64,000 nt of DNA from assembly GCA_965202785.1 (NCBI GenBank), contig OZ241855.1, forward strand, positions 960,001 to 1,024,000. Reading direction: 5' to 3'. The notes under the pieces were generated by a model, which was given only the letters and a program-made list of their open reading frames with translations, searched no databases and was not told where the DNA came from. The stretch comes from Thermodesulfobacteriota bacterium. GTDB lineage: Bacteria; Desulfobacterota_D; UBA1144; Nemesobacterales; Nemesobacteraceae. Both the position numbers and the translations under genes were made by a program. Shown piece by piece: positions 1-10,126 of the stretch (its first letter is position 1; each line of letters begins with the position of its first letter).

Positions 1-1764
1 GGGGTTTACATAATGAAAGGGGCAGGCGGCACTCCTGTCTACATAGGCAAGGCCAAGAACCTCCGTACCCGGGTGATGTCCTATTTCCAGAGGGGAAGCG
101 ACAGGGGACAGATACCGTATCTGGTAAGGGAAGTCGACTCGATCGACTATGTGGTGACCGAGGGGGAAAGCGAAGCCCTTTTCATCGAGAACTCCCTTAT
201 AAAGCGTCACAAGCCGAAGTACAACATACGTCTTAAGGACGACAAGACGTTTTCGTCTCTTCGCCTCTCGGTGGGAGAGAGGTTTCCCAGGCTTTCGCGC
301 ACGAGGAGAATACGGGACGACGGGGCGCTTTATTTCGGTCCGTTCGCCTCGGGCAAATTTCTTAAGAGCACGGTAAACCTAGTCCACAGGCTTTTTCCTC
401 TCAGGGACTGCACCCAGAGCAAGTTCGAAAGGCACAGCACCCGCCCCTGTCTTAACTATTTTATGAAGCTTTGCTCGGGCCCCTGCGCGGGCAAGATCTC
501 GGAGGAGGACTACGGGGAGCTCGTAAGCCAGGCCGCGTCGTTCCTTCGGGGCGAGAGAAAAAAACTGGTGAGAATGATCAGGGAGATGATGGAGAGAGCC
601 TCAGAGGAGGGAAGGTATGAAAACGCCGCCTACTACAGGGATCAGCTTGTAAGCCTGAAGGAAAACGCCGAGATAGAGAAGGTTACTTCCTCGAGGTTCG
701 AAGACATGGACATAGTGGGTTTTTACAGGGACTCCGAGCACTACGAATTTACCGTCCTGCTCTCGAGGGGCGGCTCGGTGGTCGACAAGCTCGATTTTTC
801 CGTAAAAAGCCCCCACGGCGATGAGGCGGAATGCGTGAGGGAATTTCTCGGCAGATTTTATTTCTCTGATCACTATATTCCAAAGAGAGTTCTCCTGCCT
901 CTTTCCATAAGGGACCGCGAGGGGTACTCGGAGTGGCTTACCGAGAAAAAGGGGAAGCGGGTTTACGTCGATACTCCCCGGAGGGGACCTAAGAGCGAGC
1001 TCGTCCGCTTCGCGATGAAAAACGCGCGGGAGAGTTTTGCGAGAAAAGCCGAGGAAAAGGCCAAGCAAGGCACACTTCTTCGAGGTATAAGAAAGTCGGC
1101 CGGGATAAAACGGGTTCCTTATGCCATAGAGTGCTTCGACATATCGAACATTCAGGGGCAGCAGACGGTTGCTTCGCTCGTCAGGTTCCGAAACGCGAGG
1201 CCTGAGCGGGACAGGTACAGAAGGTACAGGATCACGGCCACTTCGGGCCAGAATGATTTCCGGTCGATGTACGAGGTAGTCTACAGGAGGGCTCTTCGGG
1301 TAGGAGATGATAACTGGGATCTTCCGGATCTCATGCTTATAGACGGAGGGAAGGGACAGCTGAATGCCGCCTACGCGGCGCTTCGGGACTGCAGTGTGGA
1401 AAACGAGGTCGATCTCGTCTCGATAGCGAAAACCGAGGGCCGGGGCGGGATCGACAGGATTTACGTGCACGGAAAGGGCGAACCTTGCGATTTTTCGTCA
1501 AACAAAAAGGGCGTTTACTTCCTGATGAGGGTAAGGGACGAGGCGCACCGCTTCGCGATCACCTATCACAGGGAATTAAGGAAAGGCAAGACTCTGGCTT
1601 CGCAGATGGACGGCGTTCCGGGCATAGGAAAAAAGAGAAAACTCCTGCTTCTTAATCACTTCGGAAGCGTGGAGAAGATAAAAGGGGCCACCACCGAGGA
1701 ACTTGCCTCCATAAAGGGCATGACGAAACAGGCCGCGCGCAACGTAAAGGAGTTTCTGCGCTAA
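1..1764 (+). CDS. uvrC: Excinuclease ABC subunit C (5'-truncated at window edge)
   Basis: Frame is open from base 1 (GVYIMK). GIY-YIG motif YIGKAKNLR, ECFDISN, LIDGGKGQL, RDEAHRFAI and C-terminal HhH GIGKKR. Confidence 0.97.
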   Translation, partial: GVYIMKGAGGTPVYIGKAKNLRTRVMSYFQRGSDRGQIPYLVREVDSIDYVVTEGESEALFIENSLIKRHKPKYNIRLKDDKTFSSLRLSVGERFPRLSRTRRIRDDGALYFGPFASGKFLKSTVNLVHRLFPLRDCTQSKFERHSTRPCLNYFMKLCSGPCAGKISEEDYGELVSQAASFLRGERKKLVRMIREMMERASEEGRYENAAYYRDQLVSLKENAEIEKVTSSRFEDMDIVGFYRDSEHYEFTVLLSRGGSVVDKLDFSVKSPHGDEAECVREFLGRFYFSDHYIPKRVLLPLSIRDREGYSEWLTEKKGKRVYVDTPRRGPKSELVRFAMKNARESFARKAEEKAKQGTLLRGIRKSAGIKRVPYAIECFDISNIQGQQTVASLVRFRNARPERDRYRRYRITATSGQNDFRSMYEVVYRRALRVGDDNWDLPDLMLIDGGKGQLNAAYAALRDCSVENEVDLVSIAKTEGRGGIDRIYVHGKGEPCDFSSNKKGVYFLMRVRDEAHRFAITYHRELRKGKTLASQMDGVPGIGKKRKLLLLNHFGSVEKIKGATTEELASIKGMTKQAARNVKEFLR

Positions 1765-1824
1765 CCGGACGACGAATTCATCTTCTTTCTGCTAAACGAA
1801 AGTGCTGCCGTTTTAAGATGCGAG

Positions 1825-2730
1825 CTAATCAAGAAGACAGAATTCAAGTATGGCCTTTCCCGCGTGAAGCTTGTTCTCAGCCTGAGTGAAGGCGATGCAG
1901 CTGGAATTGTCCATTACTCCTGCGGTTATCTCTTCTCCCCTGTGGGCCGGAAGACAGTGCATTATCAAGGGCTCTTTGCGACAGAAGGAAAGAAGTTTCT
2001 CGTTTACCTGAAAAGGCTTGAAAATCTGGGTGCCTTTTCCCTCTTCACCCATGCTTACCCAGACGTCGGTGTAGATCACGTCGGCTTCCCTTACCGCGGA
2101 GGCGGGGTCGTAGGTGACTTCAATTTCCGAGTTTCCTTGCTCTGAGGCCTCTTCCATAATCGTCGGGTTAGGCTCATGTCCCGGGGGAACCGCAAGCGAA
2201 AGGTCAAAGCCCATTATCGCGGAGGCAGCCACGAAGGAATTGGCTATATTGTTTCCGTCGCCGAGAAAAGCAAGCTTGAACTTCTCGGGATTTATTCCCT
2301 GCTCCGAGATTGAAAAAAGATCGGAGATTATCTGCGTTGGATGTTCAAGGTCGGTAAGGGCGTTTATCACGGGGACTGTCGAGTTCTCCGCGAGCTCGAG
2401 GGCTTTTTCCTGTCCGTAGGTTCTTATTATTATCCCGTCAAGATAAGAGGAGAGGATCTTCGCCGTGTCGGCTATGGTTTCCCCTCTTCCGAGCTGGGTA
2501 TCTGCCGGATTCATGTAAATCCCCTGGGCGCCCAGGTCGAAAAGGCCCGCTTCGAAGGAAAGTCTTGTCCTGGTCGACTGTTTTTCAAAAAGAAGACCCA
2601 CCGACATGCCCGCGAGACTTCTTGGGCTCACGCCCTGTTTTTTCAGTTCCTTTAGTTCACCAGAGCGACGGATTATTTCCCTGATCTCGTTTTTTTCAAG
2701 GTTTGAGACGGCAAGAAGACTCCTACCCAC
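1825..2730 (-). CDS. argF: Ornithine carbamoyltransferase
   Basis: STRTR carbamoyl-phosphate motif, HPTQ, HCLP; downstream of argD. Confidence 0.96.
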   Translation of the reverse strand: MGRSLLAVSNLEKNEIREIIRRSGELKELKKQGVSPRSLAGMSVGLLFEKQSTRTRLSFEAGLFDLGAQGIYMNPADTQLGRGETIADTAKILSSYLDGIIIRTYGQEKALELAENSTVPVINALTDLEHPTQIISDLFSISEQGINPEKFKLAFLGDGNNIANSFVAASAIMGFDLSLAVPPGHEPNPTIMEEASEQGNSEIEVTYDPASAVREADVIYTDVWVSMGEEGKGTQIFKPFQVNEKLLSFCRKEPLIMHCLPAHRGEEITAGVMDNSSCIAFTQAENKLHAGKAILEFCLLD

Positions 2731-3931
2731 TAGAAACTACCTCCTCGATGGATTTCATTATGACGGCGACGGCAAAGTCAATCTCTTCCTCGTTCGTGGT
2801 AAGCGGAGGAAGAATCCGAAACACACGCTCGACGGTAAGTATAACTAGAAGCCCGTTTTTAACTGAGACCGAAAAACAGTCCCGTGCGAAGGTCGTGTCT
2901 GAAAACTCAACCCCGATTATAAGCCCCTTTCCCCTTACCTCTCTTATATGCTCGGAATATTTTTTCCTGACATCTTCAAGCTTGCCGAGAAAATAGTCTC
3001 CGAGCTCCCGCGCTCTTTCGACTAGGTTTTCCTGAAGTATCGTTTCCATTGCTGCGCAGGCTGCTCCCGCGGCCAGTGGATTTCCGCCGAAAGTGCTTCC
3101 GTGCGCTCCGGGGGTGAAGTGCTTCGCCACATCCTCCGTGGCCAGAACCGCTCCGCACGGCACTCCTCCGCCGAGAGCCTTTGCGAGCGCCACTATATCG
3201 GGCCTTATGTCCTCGTGTTCATACGCAAACAGTTTTCCTGTCCTTCCCATCCCGACTTGGATCTCATCAAGTATGAGCAGCATGTTGCTTTTCCCGCAGA
3301 TTTCCCTTACCTGCCTTAGGTATCCCGGGGGCGGAACGATGACTCCGTTTTCTCCCTGCACCGGCTCGAGAATGACCGCGCAGGGGTTTGTCTCGGCGGC
3401 TAGGCGGGTAATCGCGTCGGGATCAGCGTAGGGAGCGAAGTGGAATCCCTCAAGGAAAGGGGAAAACCCCTCCCTGTATTTTTCCGATTCCGTGGCGCTG
3501 AGCGCCCCGAAAGTCCTTCCGTGAAAAGCTCCTTCGGTTGAAATGATCGCGAATCTTCCGCCGTTTTGCGCTCCCCATCTCCTGGCGAGCTTTATCGAGC
3601 CTTCAACTGCTTCGGTTCCGCTGTTACAGAAAAACACCCTGTCCGCAAACGAGTTTGAAACGAGCATCTCGGAGAGTGCGCTCTGGTTCTCTATGTTAAA
3701 GAGGTTTGAGGTGTGGATCAGAGTGGCGGCCTGGGATGTTATGGCGTCCGTGATTCTGGGGTGACAGTGCCCGAGGTTGTTAACGGCTATCCCGGTCGTG
3801 TAGTCAAGATACTTTTTCCCCTCCGTATCCCAGAGCCACGAACCGCTTCCCTTCCGCATCGTTATGGGAAGACGGCTGTAGGTCTCCATCAGGTATTTTC
3901 CCCGCGGGTCTTCCATTTTCCCTTGCCTCAA
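2723..3931 (-). CDS. argD: Acetylornithine aminotransferase
   Basis: Class III PLP motifs NSGTEA, FHGRT, DEIQVGMGRTG, AKALGGG, HGSTFGGNP; lies between argB and argF. Start could be ATG 3916. Confidence 0.95.
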   Translation of the reverse strand: MRQGKMEDPRGKYLMETYSRLPITMRKGSGSWLWDTEGKKYLDYTTGIAVNNLGHCHPRITDAITSQAATLIHTSNLFNIENQSALSEMLVSNSFADRVFFCNSGTEAVEGSIKLARRWGAQNGGRFAIISTEGAFHGRTFGALSATESEKYREGFSPFLEGFHFAPYADPDAITRLAAETNPCAVILEPVQGENGVIVPPPGYLRQVREICGKSNMLLILDEIQVGMGRTGKLFAYEHEDIRPDIVALAKALGGGVPCGAVLATEDVAKHFTPGAHGSTFGGNPLAAGAACAAMETILQENLVERARELGDYFLGKLEDVRKKYSEHIREVRGKGLIIGVEFSDTTFARDCFSVSVKNGLLVILTVERVFRILPPLTTNEEEIDFAVAVIMKSIEEVVSSG

Positions 3932-4809
3932 AGAGTTATCTCCGTCCCTATTCCCAGATCGGTAAGAAGCTCGAGTATGAGAGCCCTTTTTACTCCCCCG
4001 TTTATTATGTGCACCTTGCTGACCCCTTCTTCCAGAGCCTCAAGCGCGCACATTACCTTGGGGATCATTCCGCTGTTTATCGTCCCGTTCCTGATAAGTT
4101 TCTCGGCCTGCTTTTTAGTCACGGAGGATATGAGCTTTCCTTTCTTGTCCAGGATGCCGTCAACATTGGTCAGCAGTATGAGCTTTGTGGCGCGAAGCGC
4201 TCCCGCTATCTTCCCCGCCACGTGGTCTGCGTTTATATTGTAGGTGGTTCCGTCCTCCCCGCACCCTATGGGAGCTATAATCGGAATGATATTTTCGCCT
4301 TCGAGCGTCCTGATCACCTCGGGATTTATTTCGTGAACTTCGCCCACATAGCCGAGGTCCGCGTTCTCGGGAATATCTATACCATGTCCGGCGGCGAATT
4401 TTTGAAGGTCGAACTTTTTAGCCTTTATAAGCTTTCCTTCCTTGCCCGAGAGCCCCACCGTTCCCATCTGGTGGCGGTTTATCGACGTTACGATCTGCTG
4501 GTTTATCTTTCCGACAAGCACCATCTCGACCACTTCCATTACCTCTCTGCTGGTAACGCGGAGTCCTGCTATGAAGTCGGATTTTATTCCCAGAGTGTCG
4601 AGATGCTCCTGGATCTGGGGTCCTCCTCCGTGCACTACTACAGGTTTTATCCCGACGTACTTCATCAGTGTGAGGTCGCGCACGAAATTCGAAAGATCCG
4701 CCCTGGCTATGCTTCCGCCGTACTTGACCACGACGGTTTTGCCGTGAAACGCCTCTATGTAGGGGAGGGCCTCGACCAGTATTTCCGCCCTTTGGGTTGA
4801 ACTGTTCAT
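3928..4809 (-). CDS. argB: Acetylglutamate kinase
   Basis: VVKYGGS, VHGGGPQI, NINAD, GMIPK; ATG 4809 has an AAGGAG RBS. Confidence 0.96.
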   Translation of the reverse strand: MNSSTQRAEILVEALPYIEAFHGKTVVVKYGGSIARADLSNFVRDLTLMKYVGIKPVVVHGGGPQIQEHLDTLGIKSDFIAGLRVTSREVMEVVEMVLVGKINQQIVTSINRHQMGTVGLSGKEGKLIKAKKFDLQKFAAGHGIDIPENADLGYVGEVHEINPEVIRTLEGENIIPIIAPIGCGEDGTTYNINADHVAGKIAGALRATKLILLTNVDGILDKKGKLISSVTKKQAEKLIRNGTINSGMIPKVMCALEALEEGVSKVHIINGGVKRALILELLTDLGIGTEITL

Positions 4810-5060
4810 GAAAAACTCCTTTCTGCGAAAAAAAACATTATATAGCAACCGGGGTTTTTATTACAACACCCGGGGATAATCATATATGAGAATTCGGGTT
4901 TCGGGGCCGAAAAGAAGACAGCAGTACCCGGGATTGAAGAATCTCCTAAAGACGCAAGAACGTCTCAGGTGTGGAGAAGGGATTTCCGCCTGGGAATTCT
5001 CGTTTCACCCACCGCTACTGCGGCCACTCATAATCGCCCCAGGGCGCAATTGCCGGTGCG

Positions 5061-7367
5061 TCAGCTCTTGTGCCGGTAGGTCAGCTGAACTCCGAAGATT
5101 CTGCCTTTTGCAAGCGGTGAGAACGTGCCGCCAAGAGGTGCCGACAGAGGTGGAAGGCCCAAGGTGCTGGGCAGCGTGCTGTCGCCCCCATGCTTGACTT
5201 CGTCAAGCAGGTTCTTGCCGTAAAGGCCGATTGAGAACCGGCCGTTTGCGGGAATGATGTCAATCCCGGCGTCAAGTATGTTCTGCTCCAGTATATAGCC
5301 CCTGTTGTCATCAGTGAAGTATGACTTGTCGCGGTGAGCGTAGCTTATTCGGGACGTCATCCGCCCCCAACTGGCTGCTCCCGTGTCGTGGGTAAGTCCC
5401 ACGCTGTAAGTCCACTTCGCGGCGCGGGGAAGCTCTAAAGCTAGATCTTTTTCGTCAAGAGTTCCGTCTCGATTAAGGTCCTCTTTTACTTTGGTGTACT
5501 CGGGATTGACGTACCCTACGGAACCGATCAGGAACAGGTTCTCCGCTATGGCGAACAGGCCGTCAAGCTCAAAGCCATAGGTCTCAACATCGGCGGTGTT
5601 GTCGATCAACTGAACTATACCGAGTGCTGGATCGGGGAAGTTAATTTCCCTTTGCAGGTCGTCAATCATGTTGTAGAAGGCTGCTCCGTATAGACGGCCG
5701 CGGTCTTTTGTGACCTTGAATCCGGCCTCGAAGCTGTCGATTGTCTCTTCATCGTACGGTCCCGGGGAGTGGATGGGCGAAAGGTTGCGGAGGTTGTAGC
5801 CCCCGGAGCGAAATCCTCTGGTCCAGTGCCCGTAAACGTTGGCTTCGCCGCTTATGTAATAAGTGGCGCCGACCTTGGGCGACCAGCTGTGCCATGTCTC
5901 CTCATCTATGAAATCAAACTCGCAGGCGGGACCTTCGACGATATTGCAAGACGGTAGCGGCGCAAGGGGACTGCTGGTGGGAATCAAAGCTATTTCGCCA
6001 TCTCTTTTGTCGCGCGTGTACCGCGTACCCGCGGTGAGCGTCAGCTGGCTTGTGAGATCATAGTCCAGAGAGAGGAAGAGGCCCAGAGTTTCAACGTCGT
6101 AGTTTCCGCCCCCGAACTGGGACACGTCCGTCCCTGGCGGAAAGGGAAGACCCGATGCCGCAATAGCGTCGGTAAGCAGAGAGCGGTGTTCGTGGTAGTT
6201 GATCTTGTTGCTAAAGTAATAGACTCCCGTAGTCGCATTGAGTCTTTCAAAAAACCTGCCCGTGTAACGCAGTTCGTTACTCCACTGCCTGTAATGGCTC
6301 CATGCCTGCGCGCTCATTAGTTCAAGCGGCGAGGCGTCGAGATCAACTGACGAGAAGGTTTCTGAATCGCGCCAGCCGAAGATGTTTGTTATCGTGCCGT
6401 TGCCGAAACCCACGTCCCAGTCCGCCTGGGCGCTGAAAAAATGAGCTTCGTTTTCTCTTTTGCCTTCATTATTGATGCTGAAGTCGTGGCTGTCCCGGTC
6501 AAAGTTAGCCGCCGCGTTTGAGACGCCGAATCCGTTTGTGTGGTTCTGTGCCGCGGGGCCGTCGCCGTTGATGCTATCGTACTGGTATCGGAGTACCAGG
6601 TTCAGGTCGTCTGTGGGCTCCCAGACGAGCACCGGCCGCACCATTCGGACGTCTAAATCTCCGAAAGCTTTGCCGGTGTGGAGGTTCTTGAACCAGCCGT
6701 TATCCTGGTTTGTGTACGCGGTTATCCTAGCGCTAACGGTTTCGCCCAGAGGGCCTCCCACCGTGCCCATGTAGTAGCTGTTGAGGCTCTCTCCTCCCCC
6801 TTCAAAAGAGGTGCGAAAGGACACCTCCAGAGTGTCTCCGGGTTTCTTCGTGTTGACGAGTATCGCGCCCCCAGTCACATTACGCCCGAAAAGCGTTCCC
6901 TGCGGACCTCTAAGCACCTCGATGCTCTCGATATCAAGCGTGTCGAACAGGGCGCCGCCGATGTTGGCCCCGAAGTACACGCCGTCGACGAACACTCCCA
7001 CGGTCGGGTCAACGGACGGTATGGAGCTGTTTATCCCGAGTCCGCGAATGGAAAAGTTGGCGATTCCTCCCACGGTGCCAATGTCGTCAAGCGCGACGTT
7101 GGGCATCTTTACAGCCAGACTTTCAAGGTTCCTTACCTTAAGAGTGTCAATCTCTTCGGAGCTGAAATGCGTTACCGAAAGCGGAACGTTTTGAATCAGT
7201 TCCTCTCGTTTTCGCGCCGTGACTGTAATCTTCTCAAGCAGAACGCTGCTTATGCCGAATGCTTCTTGGGCGTTTGCCGAGACGCCGCTTATAAGAGTAA
7301 GAACCGCACCCACGGCGAAAGTGCCTAAGAGTGCCTTTAACCTAGATTTAAATTTTCTGGGAACCAT
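5061..7367 (-). CDS. TonB-dependent receptor
   Basis: Signal peptide, TonB box (LEKITVTARKRE), plug motif IEVLRGPQGTLFGRN, beta-barrel C-terminus. Confidence 0.93.
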   Translation of the reverse strand: MVPRKFKSRLKALLGTFAVGAVLTLISGVSANAQEAFGISSVLLEKITVTARKREELIQNVPLSVTHFSSEEIDTLKVRNLESLAVKMPNVALDDIGTVGGIANFSIRGLGINSSIPSVDPTVGVFVDGVYFGANIGGALFDTLDIESIEVLRGPQGTLFGRNVTGGAILVNTKKPGDTLEVSFRTSFEGGGESLNSYYMGTVGGPLGETVSARITAYTNQDNGWFKNLHTGKAFGDLDVRMVRPVLVWEPTDDLNLVLRYQYDSINGDGPAAQNHTNGFGVSNAAANFDRDSHDFSINNEGKRENEAHFFSAQADWDVGFGNGTITNIFGWRDSETFSSVDLDASPLELMSAQAWSHYRQWSNELRYTGRFFERLNATTGVYYFSNKINYHEHRSLLTDAIAASGLPFPPGTDVSQFGGGNYDVETLGLFLSLDYDLTSQLTLTAGTRYTRDKRDGEIALIPTSSPLAPLPSCNIVEGPACEFDFIDEETWHSWSPKVGATYYISGEANVYGHWTRGFRSGGYNLRNLSPIHSPGPYDEETIDSFEAGFKVTKDRGRLYGAAFYNMIDDLQREINFPDPALGIVQLIDNTADVETYGFELDGLFAIAENLFLIGSVGYVNPEYTKVKEDLNRDGTLDEKDLALELPRAAKWTYSVGLTHDTGAASWGRMTSRISYAHRDKSYFTDDNRGYILEQNILDAGIDIIPANGRFSIGLYGKNLLDEVKHGGDSTLPSTLGLPPLSAPLGGTFSPLAKGRIFGVQLTYRHKS

Positions 7368-7455
7368 TGAGAAGCCCTCCCCCCTTTTTTCGATAGTATG
7401 ATCTACAGTTTACCGTTACGGCCCATTAGTTTTTTAGCCTTCCTCTGAAATTTCC

Positions 7456-7464
7456 ATTATAGCA
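7456..7464 (-). promoter_or_regulatory. Extended -10 promoter element for the TonB-dependent receptor
   Basis: TGCTATAAT on the minus strand about 90 bp upstream of the ATG. Confidence 0.5.
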
Positions 7465-7522
7465 TGAATTTAATCGCAATTGCACGACTTTTAAGGAGGA
7501 CTTGCTGTAGGATTTTTACTGT

Positions 7523-8404
7523 CTAGAGGAGTCCCAGGGCTTTTTTCTGCCGTTTTCCCGTTTCTCTTACCCTTACACGGAACCGGAGTTTGACTTCGGC
7601 TCCGTCCCCGTAGAAGCTTCCCGAAACGGGGGCAATGAGCCCGTGGTTGGGGCCACTTGCGACCGCGACGTGACGGTCTGAGACTGCGAGACCCGAAGAA
7701 GGATCATATCCTCTCCATCCTCCGCCCGGTATGTAGACCTCGGCCCAGGCGTGAAGGTCTTCTCCTTTTTTTCTTCTTGCGCTGAGCGCATAGCCGCTTA
7801 CGTGTCTGCACGCAAGACCGGCCGAGCGGCATACGGCCGCGAAAAGTTCCACGAGGTCCCTGCAGGACCCCCTTTTTTCCCTGAGGGTTCTCTCTGCGGA
7901 CCAAGGGCCGCCCTGCTCTCTGGCTGTGTGGGGAAAGTTGTCGTGTATGTGCTCGCAGAGCAAGAGAATAAAATCCGTGGTTTTCCCCATGGTCTGCGAG
8001 AGAATCGCTTCGCGAAGCGGCGAGACCGCTAGGGCTGTTTTTTTGCTCACCGCCAGGTACGGACGAAGGGCTGCCTTCTGCTCGCGGGGGTACTCCATCG
8101 GCAGATCAAGGAACCTTACGTCGGAAACTATGAAGTCAAAAGGGTTTTCCCGAAGCGTCTCGACGACGCAGCTGGTATCGATTGTGAGACTGTCGAACTC
8201 GCCCGTAAACCACAAGGTAACGGTAGTGTTTCCGTCAAGATCCGAGTTCACGCTTCTTCCCGCTTCGGGGGGATTCGTCCTGAGAGAAAACATATGGGTC
8301 ATTTGCCCCCCGTTGTCTCTCGGGCGAAGCCTCACGGTGTGAGGGGCCAGGACCACTTTTTTTCCGTAGGAGTAAGTCGTGTTGTGATCTATGCTAAGCA
8401 GCAC
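7523..8404 (-). CDS. Transglutaminase-like protein with Bact_transglu_N domain
   Basis: N-terminal IDHNTTYSY...LRPR; catalytic triad GSCRDL (Cys), HAWAEVY (His), YDPS (Asp). Confidence 0.92.
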   Translation of the reverse strand: MLLSIDHNTTYSYGKKVVLAPHTVRLRPRDNGGQMTHMFSLRTNPPEAGRSVNSDLDGNTTVTLWFTGEFDSLTIDTSCVVETLRENPFDFIVSDVRFLDLPMEYPREQKAALRPYLAVSKKTALAVSPLREAILSQTMGKTTDFILLLCEHIHDNFPHTAREQGGPWSAERTLREKRGSCRDLVELFAAVCRSAGLACRHVSGYALSARRKKGEDLHAWAEVYIPGGGWRGYDPSSGLAVSDRHVAVASGPNHGLIAPVSGSFYGDGAEVKLRFRVRVRETGKRQKKALGLL

Positions 8405-9131
8405 TTTTCGGGCTTCTGTTAAGAATTTTTCTTACCCACTCGGCGGGCATTTCCTCGGCCGATTTTCTGAGCCTCTCCTGCCACCAATCGGATATGTCTG
8501 CCAGTTCGTTTTCGTTGAACCTGTACTGCTCGAGGGAAAATGAATTGCTTCTGTAGACTATGATGTCTATCGGGAAATCGACGTCTATAGCGTTTATGCG
8601 GCTTGAATCGAACGCGAGGTATGCGATGCGAAGCGCGACATCGAGGCTAGTGTCGTAGGTAAGGGTTCTTTTTATTATCGGTTTTCCGTATTTCGACTCG
8701 CCTATTATAACGTAGGGGGAGGTGGTTCCCACGTTGATCCAGTTCCCCTGGGGATAGACGAGGAAAAGCTGGGGTTCAGGGTCGTTTTCGAACTGCCCTC
8801 CTATTATGGAGTACATGTTGAAGGCAAATCCCGATTCGGAGAGCGCCTCTCCGTCTTCTTTTTTCACCCTCCGAAGCTCCTTTGAGAAAATGTTCACTGC
8901 CTTGTAGAGGCGGTCAAGGGATTCCTGGGAGTGCTCAAGGGCCTCGTCAAGATAGGTGATAGCCTTGTCCCTCGCGGAGCGAAGCCCCGAGGTCATTAGG
9001 AAAAATGACCTGTCCCCGGCACGGTGGGTGGTGACCTTCTTTGCCCGTATGGCCTCGTTTCCCGTTATTATGAGGTTGTCGGCAAGCCCGATTATCCCTT
9101 CTTTTAGTCTCATTCCCACGCAGAAAGTCAT
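8394..9131 (-). CDS. Proteasome-type Ntn protease (Anbu family)
   Basis: N-terminal MTFCVG (Thr1 nucleophile), LFLVYPQGNWI, IGESKYGKPI; operon context. Confidence 0.9.
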   Translation of the reverse strand: MTFCVGMRLKEGIIGLADNLIITGNEAIRAKKVTTHRAGDRSFFLMTSGLRSARDKAITYLDEALEHSQESLDRLYKAVNIFSKELRRVKKEDGEALSESGFAFNMYSIIGGQFENDPEPQLFLVYPQGNWINVGTTSPYVIIGESKYGKPIIKRTLTYDTSLDVALRIAYLAFDSSRINAIDVDFPIDIIVYRSNSFSLEQYRFNENELADISDWWQERLRKSAEEMPAEWVRKILNRSPKSAA

Positions 9132-9145
9132 CTGTTTTCTCCCTC

Positions 9146-10126
9146 TCAGATATCGTCAAAGCCCTTAAGAGCGCTGTCTGTTACGCTGTAGCCGAAGTAA
9201 TCGTCGTATATGCGGCTTCCGACCTCGTTTATGTGGGCCTGGAAGCTGCTTAGGAACTCGTGCATTCCGCGCTGTATTATCTCCCCGACACTTATGAACC
9301 GAAGGTCCGATAAAAGCCTTCCCATCTCTTTTTCGGTCTCGTTGTTGTAGGAGCCGGCAGGGCTGTTGGATATGCAGTGAAGTGACTCGTCGGCCTGTGC
9401 GACGCAGTAGATTATCGAGCGTGGAAACTGGTTATCAAGGATGAGAAAATCGAGCACGTTGCCTATTGATATCTGCTGGTGCTTAGCCTTGTAGGTCTCA
9501 AGGGCGCTTGTTGATTTAAGAAGGGCTATCCACTGCATGTTGTCTATCGACGTTCCCACGAGTTCAGCCTTGGGAAGCAGGGTGTAGTACTTGACATCAA
9601 GGATCCTGGAAGTGTTGTCGGCCCGTTCCATTTGCTTTCCGAGTTCCGAGAAATGCCACGCCTCGCCGTGGGATATGCTTATGTATCCGGATCCGTGAAA
9701 AAGAAGGCTCTGCACTTTTGCCACTTCGCAGAACTTTCCGGGGTTGTCGAGCAGCTTCTGCTTGGCTTCGTCGCTATTTAGCCTGTGGTAGAAGCGGTTT
9801 ATTAGAAGCCACATCTCAGAGGAGATTATTTCTCTCACGGAACTTGCGTTCTCACGGGCGCAGTTAACGCAGGAGATGATGGAGTTCGGATTGTTGCGGT
9901 CAAGGACCATAAAGTTTATTACGTTCTCCCGGGTAGTACTGTCGTAAAGGCTTCTGAAAAGCTCCATGTCCCCCGTCACCTTTACTATGGGGTCCCATTC
10001 CTGTTCAACGGAATCATGGGTGTCAATGGCGAGGCCTAGGTTTACGCTTATAAGCCTCGCTGTGTTCCCGGCGCGCTCGGCGTAGCGGCTCATCCAGTAT
10101 ATAGATTCTGCGACGCGACTTAGGAT
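9146..10126 (-). CDS. Alpha-E domain protein (apparent ATC start codon)
   Basis: (I/M)LSRVAESIYWMSRYAERA N-terminus, second ERAD motif, ARENA, FPRS; AAGGAGG 6 nt before ATC at 10126. Confidence 0.9.
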   Translation of the reverse strand: MLSRVAESIYWMSRYAERAGNTARLISVNLGLAIDTHDSVEQEWDPIVKVTGDMELFRSLYDSTTRENVINFMVLDRNNPNSIISCVNCARENASSVREIISSEMWLLINRFYHRLNSDEAKQKLLDNPGKFCEVAKVQSLLFHGSGYISISHGEAWHFSELGKQMERADNTSRILDVKYYTLLPKAELVGTSIDNMQWIALLKSTSALETYKAKHQQISIGNVLDFLILDNQFPRSIIYCVAQADESLHCISNSPAGSYNNETEKEMGRLLSDLRFISVGEIIQRGMHEFLSSFQAHINEVGSRIYDDYFGYSVTDSALKGFDDI

